Position numbers and translations under genes: made by a program | Shown: one piece after another, positions 41,167 to 52,684 of the stretch | How positions within the stretch are numbered: the stretch's first letter is position 1 | Layout: each line of letters opens with the position of its first letter | The notes under the pieces: model-generated | Seen by the model: only the letters and a program-made list of their open reading frames with translations | Database searches by the model: none | What the model was told of the DNA's origin: nothing | Origin: Eledone cirrhosa | Taxonomy: Eukaryota | Reading direction: 5' to 3' | NCBI GenBank assembly: GCA_964016885.1 | Contig: OZ024740.1 | Span: 292,764,001-292,828,000 of the forward strand | Length of the DNA: 64,000 bases

Positions 41167-41499
41167 GCATGCATGTATGTATGTATGTATGTATGTATGT
41201 ATGTATGTATGTATGTATGTATGTATGTATGTATGTATGCATGCATGCATGCATGCATGCATGTATGCATGCATGCATGTATGTATGTATGTATGTATGT
41301 ATGTATGTATGTATGTATGTATGTATGTATGTATGGACGCGAAACTCCCGAGGGATTCGTCGGAGCGTCGTAGTGATATATGGCGTTTCTAGGGCTTTTT
41401 ATTTGAAACCTGGTGGAGCCCATCTCCTTTCTAGGTGCAGATTTCTTCCAGAGAAGGGCAGAGAGAGTGAGTGAAAAGAAGTGAGAAAGAGACATAGAG

Positions 41500-41664
41500 G
41501 AGTAATCGACGCCAGTACTAGACTGGTACTTTCTTTTAATAACCTTGAATGGAGGATAGGCAAAGCTGACCTCGGCAGGATTTGAACTCAGAGAGCAGAT
41601 AGCCGAAACAAATACCTCAAAGCATTCTATTCGACGTTCTAATGACACTGTATTTTAGCTACCT
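41500..41664 (-). mobile_element. SINE family A-related (diverged); similar copies at ~42519-42670 (+), ~56842-56980 (-) and ~37860-38010 (+)
   Basis: ctggtacttt...ggcaaagctgacctcggcaggatttgaactcaga core. Confidence 0.7.
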
Positions 41665-42934
41665 TAATGATTTTATATAGGCAATGGCTGCCTTATAGAA
41701 TTGTATATTCACCGGAAATTTGTGACAAGAAGGGGAAATTATTGTGCAACAAATAATCAATGGTAATAAAAATAAACTTCTATTTTTTATATAAAGGTTG
41801 TTCACAAAGAACCACAGGTAATTTGGGAATGCAGTAGGTTTGATCAGTAAACGATACTTGTGCGCAATAATTATTACAATATGTTTTGATAATAATAATT
41901 GCTATAAATTCTTATTCATGTAGGGCTAACATCCAGTAACAATATTTGAGGAAAGATATATAAAAAAAGAGAACTAAAGCAATAAAAATATTCTAGGAAT
42001 ACGAACAAAGAATATAAACGGAATTGTTGTGTCACTTACGATTAATAATACAAGAGAAATGGATAAATATTGCAGCTGGAACAGTGATGAATATTCTGAG
42101 AAGAAAAGACAACTGAAAATCATTACTAATCGATAAAATCCAGAACGTCTGGTTAAAACACAAGCACAAGAATAGTCAATATTGTTCATGACAATTCTAA
42201 TTCAAAATTGTTGACCTACTATGTCTTCTGACAGGCTATGAATTCTTAACTTAATAATATCTAAATAATCCAAGAATAACTAGAATTAAACACTTGCTAG
42301 AGGAACAGAGTATGTCGAAAAAGACTCAAGCAAAAGAGACTAAATGTTCTATAGGTGTAAGAAGAATGACTGTAACTCTGCTTATGTGTATTATAAAGTT
42401 TATTGTATCTCAGTCTTCCTAAAATCAACGGAGGTGTTCTAATTGTCACTAGTTGTGGGAATTTTTAAAATAATTGGAACAAAATAAAATTCAATTAAGT
42501 CGGCAGTAACATCAAATTCGGTGAATTGGCAGAGTCGTTAAAACGTTGGATATAATGCTTTACGGTATTCGTTCCGGATCTCTGCTTTCTGAGCTCGATT
42601 CCCTCCGAGGTCAATTTTCATCCCTTCGGGGTTGATAAAAAAAGAAACCAGTCTAGTACTGGGGTCGATTCTTCCTTTATATCTCTTTCTCGTTTCCTCT
42701 CCCTCACTTTCTATCTTTTCTGGAAGAAATCTGATGTACTCAGGCCTGGAGAGGGATGAGCTCCGCCAGGATTAAAATGCTCAAGAAACGCTGTATGTCA
42801 ATGCGACTCTATCAGAAGTTACGGGACAAAAAAGCCCTATCAAATTAAGACGATACGCATCTGGAATGGATTATTCCAAGGAGTTTTCGTGGCATCATTA
42901 TTGCACCTAGATTTATCTGCATTAAGTACGCTTA

Positions 42935-43268
42935 TGGAGGCGCATGTGTTAGCGGTTACAGCATTTGGCTTTCAATCGGAAGGTTGTGAGTTCGATTGCC
43001 AGACCGGGTGATGTGTTGGGTCTTTGAGCAAGACACTTTATTTCACGTTGCTCCTGTTGACTCAGTTGTAGAAATGAGTAGCGACGTTACTTGTGCCAAG
43101 CTGTATCGGCTATAGCCTTTCCCTTGAACAAAATTGGTGGCGTGGAGAGAGGAGACTGGTATGCATGGGCAACAGCTGGTCTTTCACAAACAACCTTTCC
43201 CAGACTTGTACCTCGGAAGGGAACTTCATACATGCAAAACCATGGTCATTCGCGACCGAATGGGGCCT
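42935..43268 (+). mobile_element. tRNA-derived SINE family B
   Basis: ggaggcgcatgtgttagcggtt...gagttcgattgcc head followed by core tctttgagcaagacactttatttcacgttgctc. Confidence 0.75.
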
Positions 43269-43521
43269 ACGGAAGTACGTTTATAAATCCTTGAAGATAA
43301 TATTTTCTAAACTATGGAACATAATAGCTGTGATATCGGCATCAGTTTGGTTTTAACAATAATACTAATGTTATGTTCCATATATTTAGATACGAACGCC
43401 AAAAATTAGATGCAAAATGTAAAAAACCCAAAATAGTATGTTCCAAAATTAATGCTTTGGTTTAACATAGATTTGCTAAATACCCTACCAATTCTGGTAG
43501 TGTAGCTCTATTTCAATGTAA

Positions 43522-43645
43522 TCTACTATATAAATAGCAATTTCTGTCTCTCTGTGTATCTGTGTATCTATGTATATGTATATAACCAGTTGGCGCCTAC
43601 ACCAGTGATCCGATCCTGATGAAATTTTACACAAATGTTAAGCTA
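43522..43645 (+). mobile_element. 5' end of a non-autonomous Helitron-like element
   Basis: A|TCTACTATATAAAT start identical to the 59464 element, then short (TG/TC) repeats and ccgatcctgatgaaatttt. No 3' end found. Confidence 0.45.
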
Positions 43646-44378
43646 ATATTCAGAAACAGGACTGGCTAAATGGATTTCAATAAAAACCAATAATGGAAAC
43701 CCTGGTGACATCTTTACAATAAAGGAGGAAAGAGAATACGTTTCAGTGAGAGAGGAGATACTACTACAGTATGTTAAACCCTCTCTCCTACTACTTCCCT
43801 TCCTCCTCCCACAACTCAGTCCTCCAAAATGAGGCAACAACTTATTAGAAATATACATAACGAAATTTCAAACAAAGCAGATGACAATGCGCGTTCTTGA
43901 TTGTTCTCCATTCTGTAGAGAAAGAGAGAGAGGGTATGAGAAAGAGAGAGAGGGAGAGAGAGAGAAAGAGAGAGAGGGTATGAGAAAAAATAGATAAGGG
44001 GAATTGGGGAGGGGAGAAAATGATAAGTTTAACTTTTATTTATTTATTCTTTACACACTGTTTAACTCTCCCCCTTCCTCAACATTACGTCTCTTTCTCT
44101 CTCTCTGTCTCGCTCTCACACACAAAACGTGCTGTGACTGTGTGTGTGTGTACGTGTGTGTATGTGTTGTGTGTGTCCGGGGAAGTTACAATGTCCGCGC
44201 ACACACACACAAACACGCATCCATATATATTAGGGTGGTCCTTAGCAATAGGTTATTTTCCGAAAGTTAAAATGTTGCAGTTCCCATCCCCTAATTCTGT
44301 TTCAATTAACAAAAACACGAGGTGTGCAACATTTCAACTCTATCGGACAACTGTTAGGCGACCCTCAAACGCCTTGAA

Positions 44379-44779
44379 TATGGTGGACAAGGTTAAAAGG
44401 GCTGAGGTCAAACACCTTTCTCTCCGGCGAACAACTGATTCGTTTTTTCAAATATCATTTTGGAAGAAGAATCAGGATGGAGTGAGAGGTGCTGTACCCC
44501 AGCAAGTTTTATAAAAGGTGGGTGAATGTGGCAAAGATGGCCCGAGTGGTTGGGCCTTCTCTCTATATAAGCCTGTAAGTTGAGGAAAAGGAGGAAGACA
44601 GGAAGGGAGTACTCGCTCTTGGTGCTCCTGGACAACCCCTGTGTAACGCCTCCCCCGTATTGGGGATTTCAATTGTTATTTGTTATTTTATTAATAGTTT
44701 TATTTTCATATACCTGTATGTAAACTCCCCATGTGTATTTGTCCCCTTCTTTTGTGCCCTTGTGGCTAATAAAGAAATT
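44379..44779 (+). mobile_element. 5'-truncated L1/Tx1-type LINE (3' end only), followed by (ATCT)n
   Basis: Closely matches ~55924-56360; ends gtggctaataaagaaa then atctatct. Confidence 0.9.
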
Positions 44780-45752
44780 TATCTATCTATCTATCTATCT
44801 CCGGATGGTATAGACGTTCTTCACATCGGCTCCTCGATTATTGGATATATTACGTGTTAACAGTAAGTGTTTGTCTGTATTCTTGCGTTATTGTGTTAAT
44901 TAACCCCCTTGTCTTCGGTCATTAGGGTTAATTTATTTCACCCCTTTTAGGTGAAATTTTTCATCCTAAAAATCTTGTGATTGTCTCTACGCTAGTGGTA
45001 ATGGAAGCCATTACCCCAGGTAACGATGACACGCCCACTAAACAAACTGAAGGAGAGCGGGTAGCGGAGGCAACAAGCCTCCCTACTGAGGGAATAATGA
45101 TTATTAGAAACATTGAAAAAATGGAGCCTAACCCTAAGGAAAAAATGTGAAAAAAATTGACTCGGAGAAATTGCCAAAATTAATGGATGACGTTTCGACT
45201 TTTCACGATGCCATGCCCACCAGCAAATGTGAAAGAGAAGTAGTAGCTGTGACTACAAATCTCTCGGATACTGAAAATATAAGTGAACATTTTGAAAAAA
45301 TGGAGTCTAACCCCAACGGGGAAAAAATGTGAACGCATACACCAACATAAATAACACAAACACAACAAAAAATGAAAATTGTAACAACAAAAAACAAGAA
45401 AACCACATTTCGACAAATGTAAACAGAGAGGGGGCGAACAAAATGACGTTCGCGCAAAACATAAAAAAAAACTATTGCGTATGAATCTATTGACATTTCG
45501 AACATAGCCCAGGAAATGGAAAATGCACGGAAGTATATAACTTTGGAGGAGAATGGTCTATTTTCTTTAAATTCTCCCCCAGAGCTAAAAAAGGAAAATA
45601 GCTTAAAAACTATTATTTATAGGACAATATCAAACAAAACCCGTAAGCCAGTACAACTCACATAGACAGAGATTGAACTGGCTTTAAAAGATCATCTGAA
45701 AAACGTTGTATTCATTCGGAAGGATAGACTCTACGGTAGTCTATCCTTCCGA

Positions 45753-46583
45753 ATGAAAGATAAATTGACGGCCGAAAAACAATCCTTGGCCCCAATTGTG
45801 TCTCCCTTATTTACCTTCTTCCCCACTTATTTGGGAAGAAAAACACCAAGATTGACCATACACAGTATCGATCCAGATATTGATTTCTGGGCGGTACTGT
45901 GTGGCCTCCTCGACTTGAAAGAGGATGCAGTAATTTCGGTAGGTAAGTCTTCCAGCAACGTATTCGGTGGAACTAGCCTGCAACTTCTGGTGCAAATGCA
46001 GCCAGACCGAATTGCTAGGATCCCCGACCGCATATTGCTGGATGGGATTGCCTACTTACACATCACAGTGGAGGGTAGACGACCCGCTTGTTACCTCTGT
46101 GGTGGCAGAGGTCACCTGAGGGCTGCCTGTTCCCAAGCAAACAAAAAAAAAACACTGAAAATATACCCCTCCCCCCGAATACGGAAAACGACCCCCTTTC
46201 GTCGTCAGACGAGGGGGGGGGGGGACACTTTCATAAAGTTAAAAGAAAAAAAAAGAAAACACACCACAGGAACACAAATACAAACAACCCCTCCCCAAGA
46301 CATAACACAGACATCAACACAAAAAAACACACAACAACAGCAAACAAAAAACATCACCCGAAAAGAAAAATATGCATATACTTACATAAATACAATAAAC
46401 AAAAAACTGTTAAACGTTATTTATAATAACAACTTAATAAAAACCGAAGGTTCAAACTTCGCACAAGCAACGGGGCTTCCCCATCTAAAAATGATAAAAG
46501 CCCCAATGGACATTTACAAAACGTTAAAAGACACTCCTAAAGAAGACGTGCCCCCCCCCCCCCCCCTGCGTCAGACCCATTAA
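45753..46583 (+). pseudogene. LINE ORF1 (gag-like, zinc knuckle), surviving open portion
   Basis: VEGRRPACYLCGGRGHLRAAC; homologous to 51160-51894; upstream part disrupted. Confidence 0.8.
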
Positions 46584-46780
46584 CCATGTCCTCCTAAAAA
46601 ATACCCCCAGACACCCACACAACTCCAAACACCCCAACCCCACCACACACTGATGCCCCTACACTTCCACAAACCACCACCCCACCCAACAACCCATCCC
46701 CATCCCCCACCCCCATGAAAATTGTGCGGCCAGGTTCCCGGGACGCAGAGAGGTAAGTGCCTTTTCTCTTTACCACCAAC

Positions 46781-49700
46781 ATGGCTGTGTTGAGAATAGG
46801 TTGTCTAAATGCATGTGACCTGGGCTCACCTTGGAAGCAAGCAATGCTTCTAAATACCTCAGGTCACGATGTATAAATGTGATGGTTATTTGCGAGGCCC
46901 GGATCAGCAGCGTGCGACAGGTGACCCCCACCTTTGATGACTTTGAGATGCACGCATCTCTCTGTCAGCCCGGAGGTGGGGGTGGGGTTGTCGTTCTGCT
47001 ACAAAAACATCTGGGTATCGCTACACAGACGGTACACTAGGACCCGGAGGGTCGACTAGTGGTTCTGGACTTTGGCAGTGGTGAAGGCGGAGCTTTTAGG
47101 CTGGTCGCCGTCTACGCCCCTTTTGGGTCAACGCGGCCGGACTTCTTCCATCGTCTGGAGACTTTTCTAGGGACGTCCCGCTCCTTGCTTTTAGTGGGGG
47201 ACTGGAATGGTATCCTAGATGCACGTTGGGACTATGTAGGGGCATGTCCTGATAGAGGGGGTTATAACAGCCTCAAGGGGTTAATCGGCCGATTCGACCT
47301 GGCCGATAGATATCGACTAGATTTTCCGATTGTGCCAACCTGGACTTGGAGAAACCACAGCGGTCAATCTAGATCGTACCCAGATAGGTTCTTAGTTAGA
47401 AATAAGGATAGGGACTTTTTAAGTTGTCCAAAAATGCTCATGGTTGGCTATTCAGACCACAAGTTAGTGACCTCCATGGTCAACCTTGATAGAACGCATA
47501 GACAGGGACCCGGTTACTGGAAGCTCAACTTGTCCTTACCGGCAAGTAAAGCGTACAGGAACCGGATTAGTACTTTAATTCAGGAGCGGTTGACGGGCGC
47601 CATCGTCAACAGCAGGTGGTGGGGCTCTCTCAAAAGAGAGATTAGAGTAGTTTCAATAGGAGTTAGTAAGGAGTTAGCCTCAGATAAAAATAGGAAGGAA
47701 AGGGAGTTGGTAGATAGTGTAGAAGAGGCAATTAGAAGCGGCGACGTGGCCAGAGTGCTAGCGTCGAGAATGGCCTTGGGCCAGTTCTTCGACGCGAAAC
47801 ACGAAGGCTGCGTTGTCCGAAGCAAAATACGTGCTCTGGGAAACGAGGGGAGCAAATCTGTCAGCTGGGCCCGCGTGACAGAAGCCAAAAGTGGGATTAG
47901 ATCCACTATCCGGTCTTTGCGAGACCAGGATGGACGGGTGATCCTTGAACCTAAGCAGATGTGCGAGGCCTTTCAAAGGCACTTTACCCAATTGTTCGGA
48001 AGGGGCGAGGGGCCGGATGGGGATGTGGACCTCGGTCCATACCTCGACGGCCTGCCGCGTCTTTCGGACGAGGGGGCGAAGTCTTGCGAGAGGCCGATCT
48101 CAGCTGCTGAGATAGGGGACGTGCTGAGCCAATGCGGCAGACGCAAATCTCCGGGCCTCAATGGTCTTCCATACGAACTGTATTTAAGTATGCCGGACTT
48201 GTTCTTCGATCTCCTCGAAGCGGTCTACTGCAACTGGCAACAGAACGGGAGAATTCCCTGTTCTGTGACCAAGGGCGTAGTCTCGGTAGTGAGGAAGGAC
48301 GAGAACAGGGGGGGATGAAATAAGTAATTTTAGGCCCATCATACTGCTAACTGCAGAGTTAAAAATTTTGGCCAAGGTGTTAGCAAAGAGGTTGGCGCTT
48401 GTCGTGGGCAACCTGGTGGGAGATGCGCAGACATGCGTCATCCCGTCCAGGTCCATTCACGACAACCTCCATCTCATGCGATACATCATACAGTGGGTTG
48501 GGAACGAACCCGGCTTTGGTGGGGCCCTGATCAACTTGGATCAATCTAAGGCGTTCGAAAGGGTCGACCATCGTTACCTGGATGCGGTGGTAGTGGCAGC
48601 AGGTTTCGGATCCGTTTTCAGGGGCTGGATCACTGCCACGTATAGCAGCCGCATCTGCTCTAGGGTCAAGGTGAACGGCTACCTCTCGGAGCCGTTCGAA
48701 ATCATGCGGTCCATCCGATAGGGATGCTCTCTCTCCTCCCTTCTGTATGTATTGGCCCTAGAGCCACTGCTGCGGAAGTTGGAGTTGTTGCAGGGCATCC
48801 CTTTGAAACCGGGATTGCGGAAAGCGGTGTCGGCCTACGCCGATGACGTGACAGTAATGGTGTCAACCGCCTCGGAAATCGGGGCCATCGGCACCTTACT
48901 GGAGGAATACGAAACGTTTACAGGGGATAACTGAAGCGAGACAAGTCAGTCGGTTTGCAACTCGGCGAGTGGAGGAGCAAACCGATGGCCTCCAACGGAG
49001 TCGTCGGACGTTGGATGGAGGGACCGGTGAAGTTGCTCGGGGTCTGGTTCGGGCCAGACCTCCAGGTGGAGAAGAACTGGGGTGAGGTATCGAACAGGGT
49101 GTTTGCGCTGACGCGGAAGTGGGTTGAGTGCAAACTATCTCTGAAAGGTCGGGCGGAGGTGACGAACGCTTATATAGCGTCCGTCATCTATTACCGCCTG
49201 ACCGACGTGCCTTGCCCAAGGGAAACGCTCACCAAAATGGAGCGCGCACACTTCCAATTCCTTTGGAAGAAGCGGTCTATTTTGGTGAGGAGATCCATCT
49301 GCTGTCAACACCCTTCGAAAGGAGGGCTGGGGATGCCGTGGCTGTTGATGCGTAAACACAAATTAAGGCTACGGCACCTCCAGGTATTCCTCACCGGTCA
49401 ACCGGTGTGGGCCCGTTTGTGAGGCGAGCCTTTCCGAGACTCGTCTCGCTCACCGAGCTGCAGTCCTGGGTCAAGCAAAGACCGAGAAAACTGGGCGCCT
49501 GGCACACCGAGTATGCCCAGGCGCTCACGGCTCTCTGGCAGGCGGACCCGACTATCGGTGGAGACTCCACCTCGTCATTCTATAGAGGGCTGGTGGTTAG
49601 TAGGTGCGACGACGCCCTCGGACAAGCCCTAGGTATGGAGGAAGACGAACTGGCCAGCCTATTCGGGAGGACATTTGGCCCGGGACCTATGGACAACTTC

Positions 49701-50215
49701 CAGAAGTCCCCGGCCTGGCAGTGCTACCGAGGGGCGCTGCCAGTTCGATAAAAGCTCTACAGACACGGGCGCCCGGGTAGGGACCCCTCGAAAAAATCTG
49801 TCCCAGATGCGTGCGCGACGAGGAAACCGTTGCGCACGCATTGGTACACTGCTCGGGCGTTGCCGATCTGTGGGGCTATGTCGAACGACTGCTGTCACGG
49901 GTGGGACCAATCCGGTTGACCACTGAGTTCATTGTAACGACCAAGCCGCCTCCCCGCTTCAAAAATTAAGGAGAGGCGGTCTTCCTCTGTGTAATAGCCA
50001 TGGTGAAAGAGGTGGTATGGTGGACACGTTTGATAGGGCTGAGGTCGGACACCTTTTTCTTCGGCCAACAACTGGTCCTTTTCTTTAAATACCATTTTAA
50101 GAGAAGGATCAGAATGGAGAGAGAGGTGCCCTACCCCAGCAAGTTTTATGAAAGGTGGGTGAAAGTAGCGAGAATGGCCCGTGTGAATGGGCCTTCTCTC
50201 TTTATCAGCCTGTAG
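46781..50215 (+). pseudogene. LINE ORF2 (AP endonuclease + RT), multiple stops and frameshifts
   Basis: LVGDWN, YSDHKLV, GPGYWKLN, KSPGLNGLPYE, LDQSKAFERVDH, AYADD, GGLGMP spread over several frames. Confidence 0.9.
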
Positions 50216-50439
50216 GTGGAAAGGTGGAAGTGCAAAGGAGCACCCCCTCTTTGTGCTCCTAAAGAAAAAGGGTTGCACACTTTTTCGGGGGTGTGTGTAA
50301 CCCCCAAAACGCCTCCTCCCTATTGAGGACTGTATTGATAATTTTATATTTGTTATTTGTTTTTACTCGTTCCTTTATGTAAACTCCCCCCATGTATTTG
50401 TCCCCTTCTGTTGTGCCCTCGTGGAAAATAAATAGAAAC

Positions 50440-50507
<68 letters not shown>

Positions 50508-50520
50508 TTATCTCTCTATC
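50440..50520. repeat. (TATC)n microsatellite between the two long LINE copies
   Basis: Seen directly. Confidence 0.95.
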
Positions 50521-51159
50521 AGTCGTGTGTCACTTCGCGGAGAAGTTTCCGTTAATTTATGTAAGAAAAAAACGTGAGTTTTTAGTTAAATTTTATATCA
50601 TTGTGTAACTTGACCACCCGTCTGGACCTTCAGGTGGTGGGTCAACTCATTTTCGCCCCTTCAGGGGCGGAATATCCATTAAAAAAATTTTTCTCCATCG
50701 AATCTTGGAAAAAATATTGTAAAATTTTGATTACGTTATGAACGCTGCGTCCAACGATAATGGTGGTGGAGAGGCGGTAAGACTACAAAGCTCGCAGTCA
50801 ACAACGTCTTCTTCACTAGATACTATAGAGATGGAAAGACAAAATGAAAATAAAAAAACGAATTCACATCCAAACAACACAAATGACACCAAACAGCTCA
50901 ATGACAACAAAAATAACAGCAAAACCAATAATGATGATTAAAGCAACAATGATAACAACAACAAAGAAAAAATAAAGACAACGCCAATAACACCAGCATC
51001 AAAGACAACAACAACACCAAGGAAAATACGGATGGTACCAACATCGGTGACAACAAGAATAACAACAACAATAACAACAATAATGACAACACCACCAATA
51101 CGGATTCCACAAAGAAACCAAAAATCTCCTTTGCGGAGAAAGTTCAAAAGAAAGAACAA

Positions 51160-51894
51160 TTGATATATCTCGACATAACAAATGCTGAACACCTTTTAAA
51201 GGACGCTAAGAGATATGTCACCTTCGAAAAAAATGGTGCTTTCAGCATCAATTCTCCGGTAGAAATTCGCAAGGAAACTGCTCTCAAAACGATAGTTTTT
51301 AGGACAGTTTCCAATTCTACCCGAAAACCAGTCCAATTGTCACAGAAAGATATTGAACTGGTTTTCAAAGATTCAATGAATGATATTGCATTCATTCAAA
51401 GAAGCAAACTTTTTGGGAGTATTTCGGTACTCATGAAGGATCAATTGACGGCCCAAAATTACTCTGTGTCGCCAATTGTATCCAACCTGTACACCTTTTT
51501 CCCTACATACATGGGAAAAAGGACACAAACGATCAGAATCACAAGTGTCACACCAAAGGTGAACATATGGTGGATACTGTGCGGCTTCATCAATTTTGAT
51601 GAAGACAGAATACTGTCAGTAGGAAAGTCCCCCAGAGATGTATTCAATAGGACTAGCATTGAAGTTCTGGTGCAAATGAGCCCAGAGCGAATAGCTATGA
51701 TCCCACAGCGTGTACTCCTGGACGGACTCACCTACATAAACCTTTCGGTTGAGGGTAGGCGGCCTTCATGTTACCATTGCTTTAGCAGGGGTCACCTGAG
51801 GGCTTCCTGTCCTAAACTATTGAACCAAAAAAAGGCTCTTCTGCCGACACCCATCAAAACAACACAACCACCAACACCACCACAACAACAATAA
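51160..51894 (+). pseudogene. LINE ORF1 core (zinc knuckle CYHCFSRGHLRASC)
   Basis: ORF track; flanking ORF1 segments (50738-, 52305-) separated by stops or frameshifts. Confidence 0.8.
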
Positions 51895-52684
51895 CACCAA
51901 CACACAAAAATAACCACAACAAACACAGTCCCACCCAACCCCACTCCACCTAAAACCACTGCAAAATCACATACAGACACAACAGCTCCCCAAGACATAC
52001 CCCTCCCCAATCACACAGACGATACAACAGATGAGGCTATCTCGCCATCACCCAGTGAAGACGAGGGAGAACCCCATCGCTCGAAAAGAAAGAAAAGACA
52101 TCACAAAAGCAAAAAACCAGCAAACACTACCACAAACATACAACCACCAACACAAACAACAAAAATATCACAAACAAAACCCCACCTCCTGAAAACAAAA
52201 TACCTACAACAAAACGAAAGCACACACAAGAACTACAGACAAAAACAAACACAACACAAGAAAATTACACTTACACTTACATAAACACTGAAAACAAAAC
52301 ACTAATGGAGACCATCACGAACGACCCTTCGGTTTCCACCGAAGGCAAAACTTTCGCCCACTCTATAAAAAATAGCAAAAAACTGAACCTAAAACTGATT
52401 AGGGTCCCTATACAAACTTATAGGTCCCTAAAAGAAACATTTGAGAAGGATGTGGGGAATTCCTGCGTGAAACCACTCAACCGCGTCCTTCTCAAATGCC
52501 TCCCCACCCCAGACACCCCCATCCCACCAGACCCCACCCCACCAAACATCTGCGTCCCCACCCCGCCGGAAACCACCACCCTCCAGACAACCCCTCCAAC
52601 ACCCCCATGGAAATCGTGCGGCCTGGTCCCCAGGAGGCGAAGGGTGAGTGATCTCTTTTCCTCTTTTAACTTTTCAGCACCAAC

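Larger units (their letters stand above)
44801..50439 (+). mobile_element. Near full-length degenerate L1/Tx1-type non-LTR retrotransposon, copy 1
   Basis: ORF1 with CCHC knuckle CYLCGGRGHLRAAC, ORF2 with APE and RT; bounded by (TATC)n on both sides. Confidence 0.93.

Noticed and set aside
43608-43630. CTGATGA in ccgatcctgatgaaatttt
   Set aside because: No stem II/GAAA/stem III arrangement; it lies in a Helitron-like subterminal sequence.
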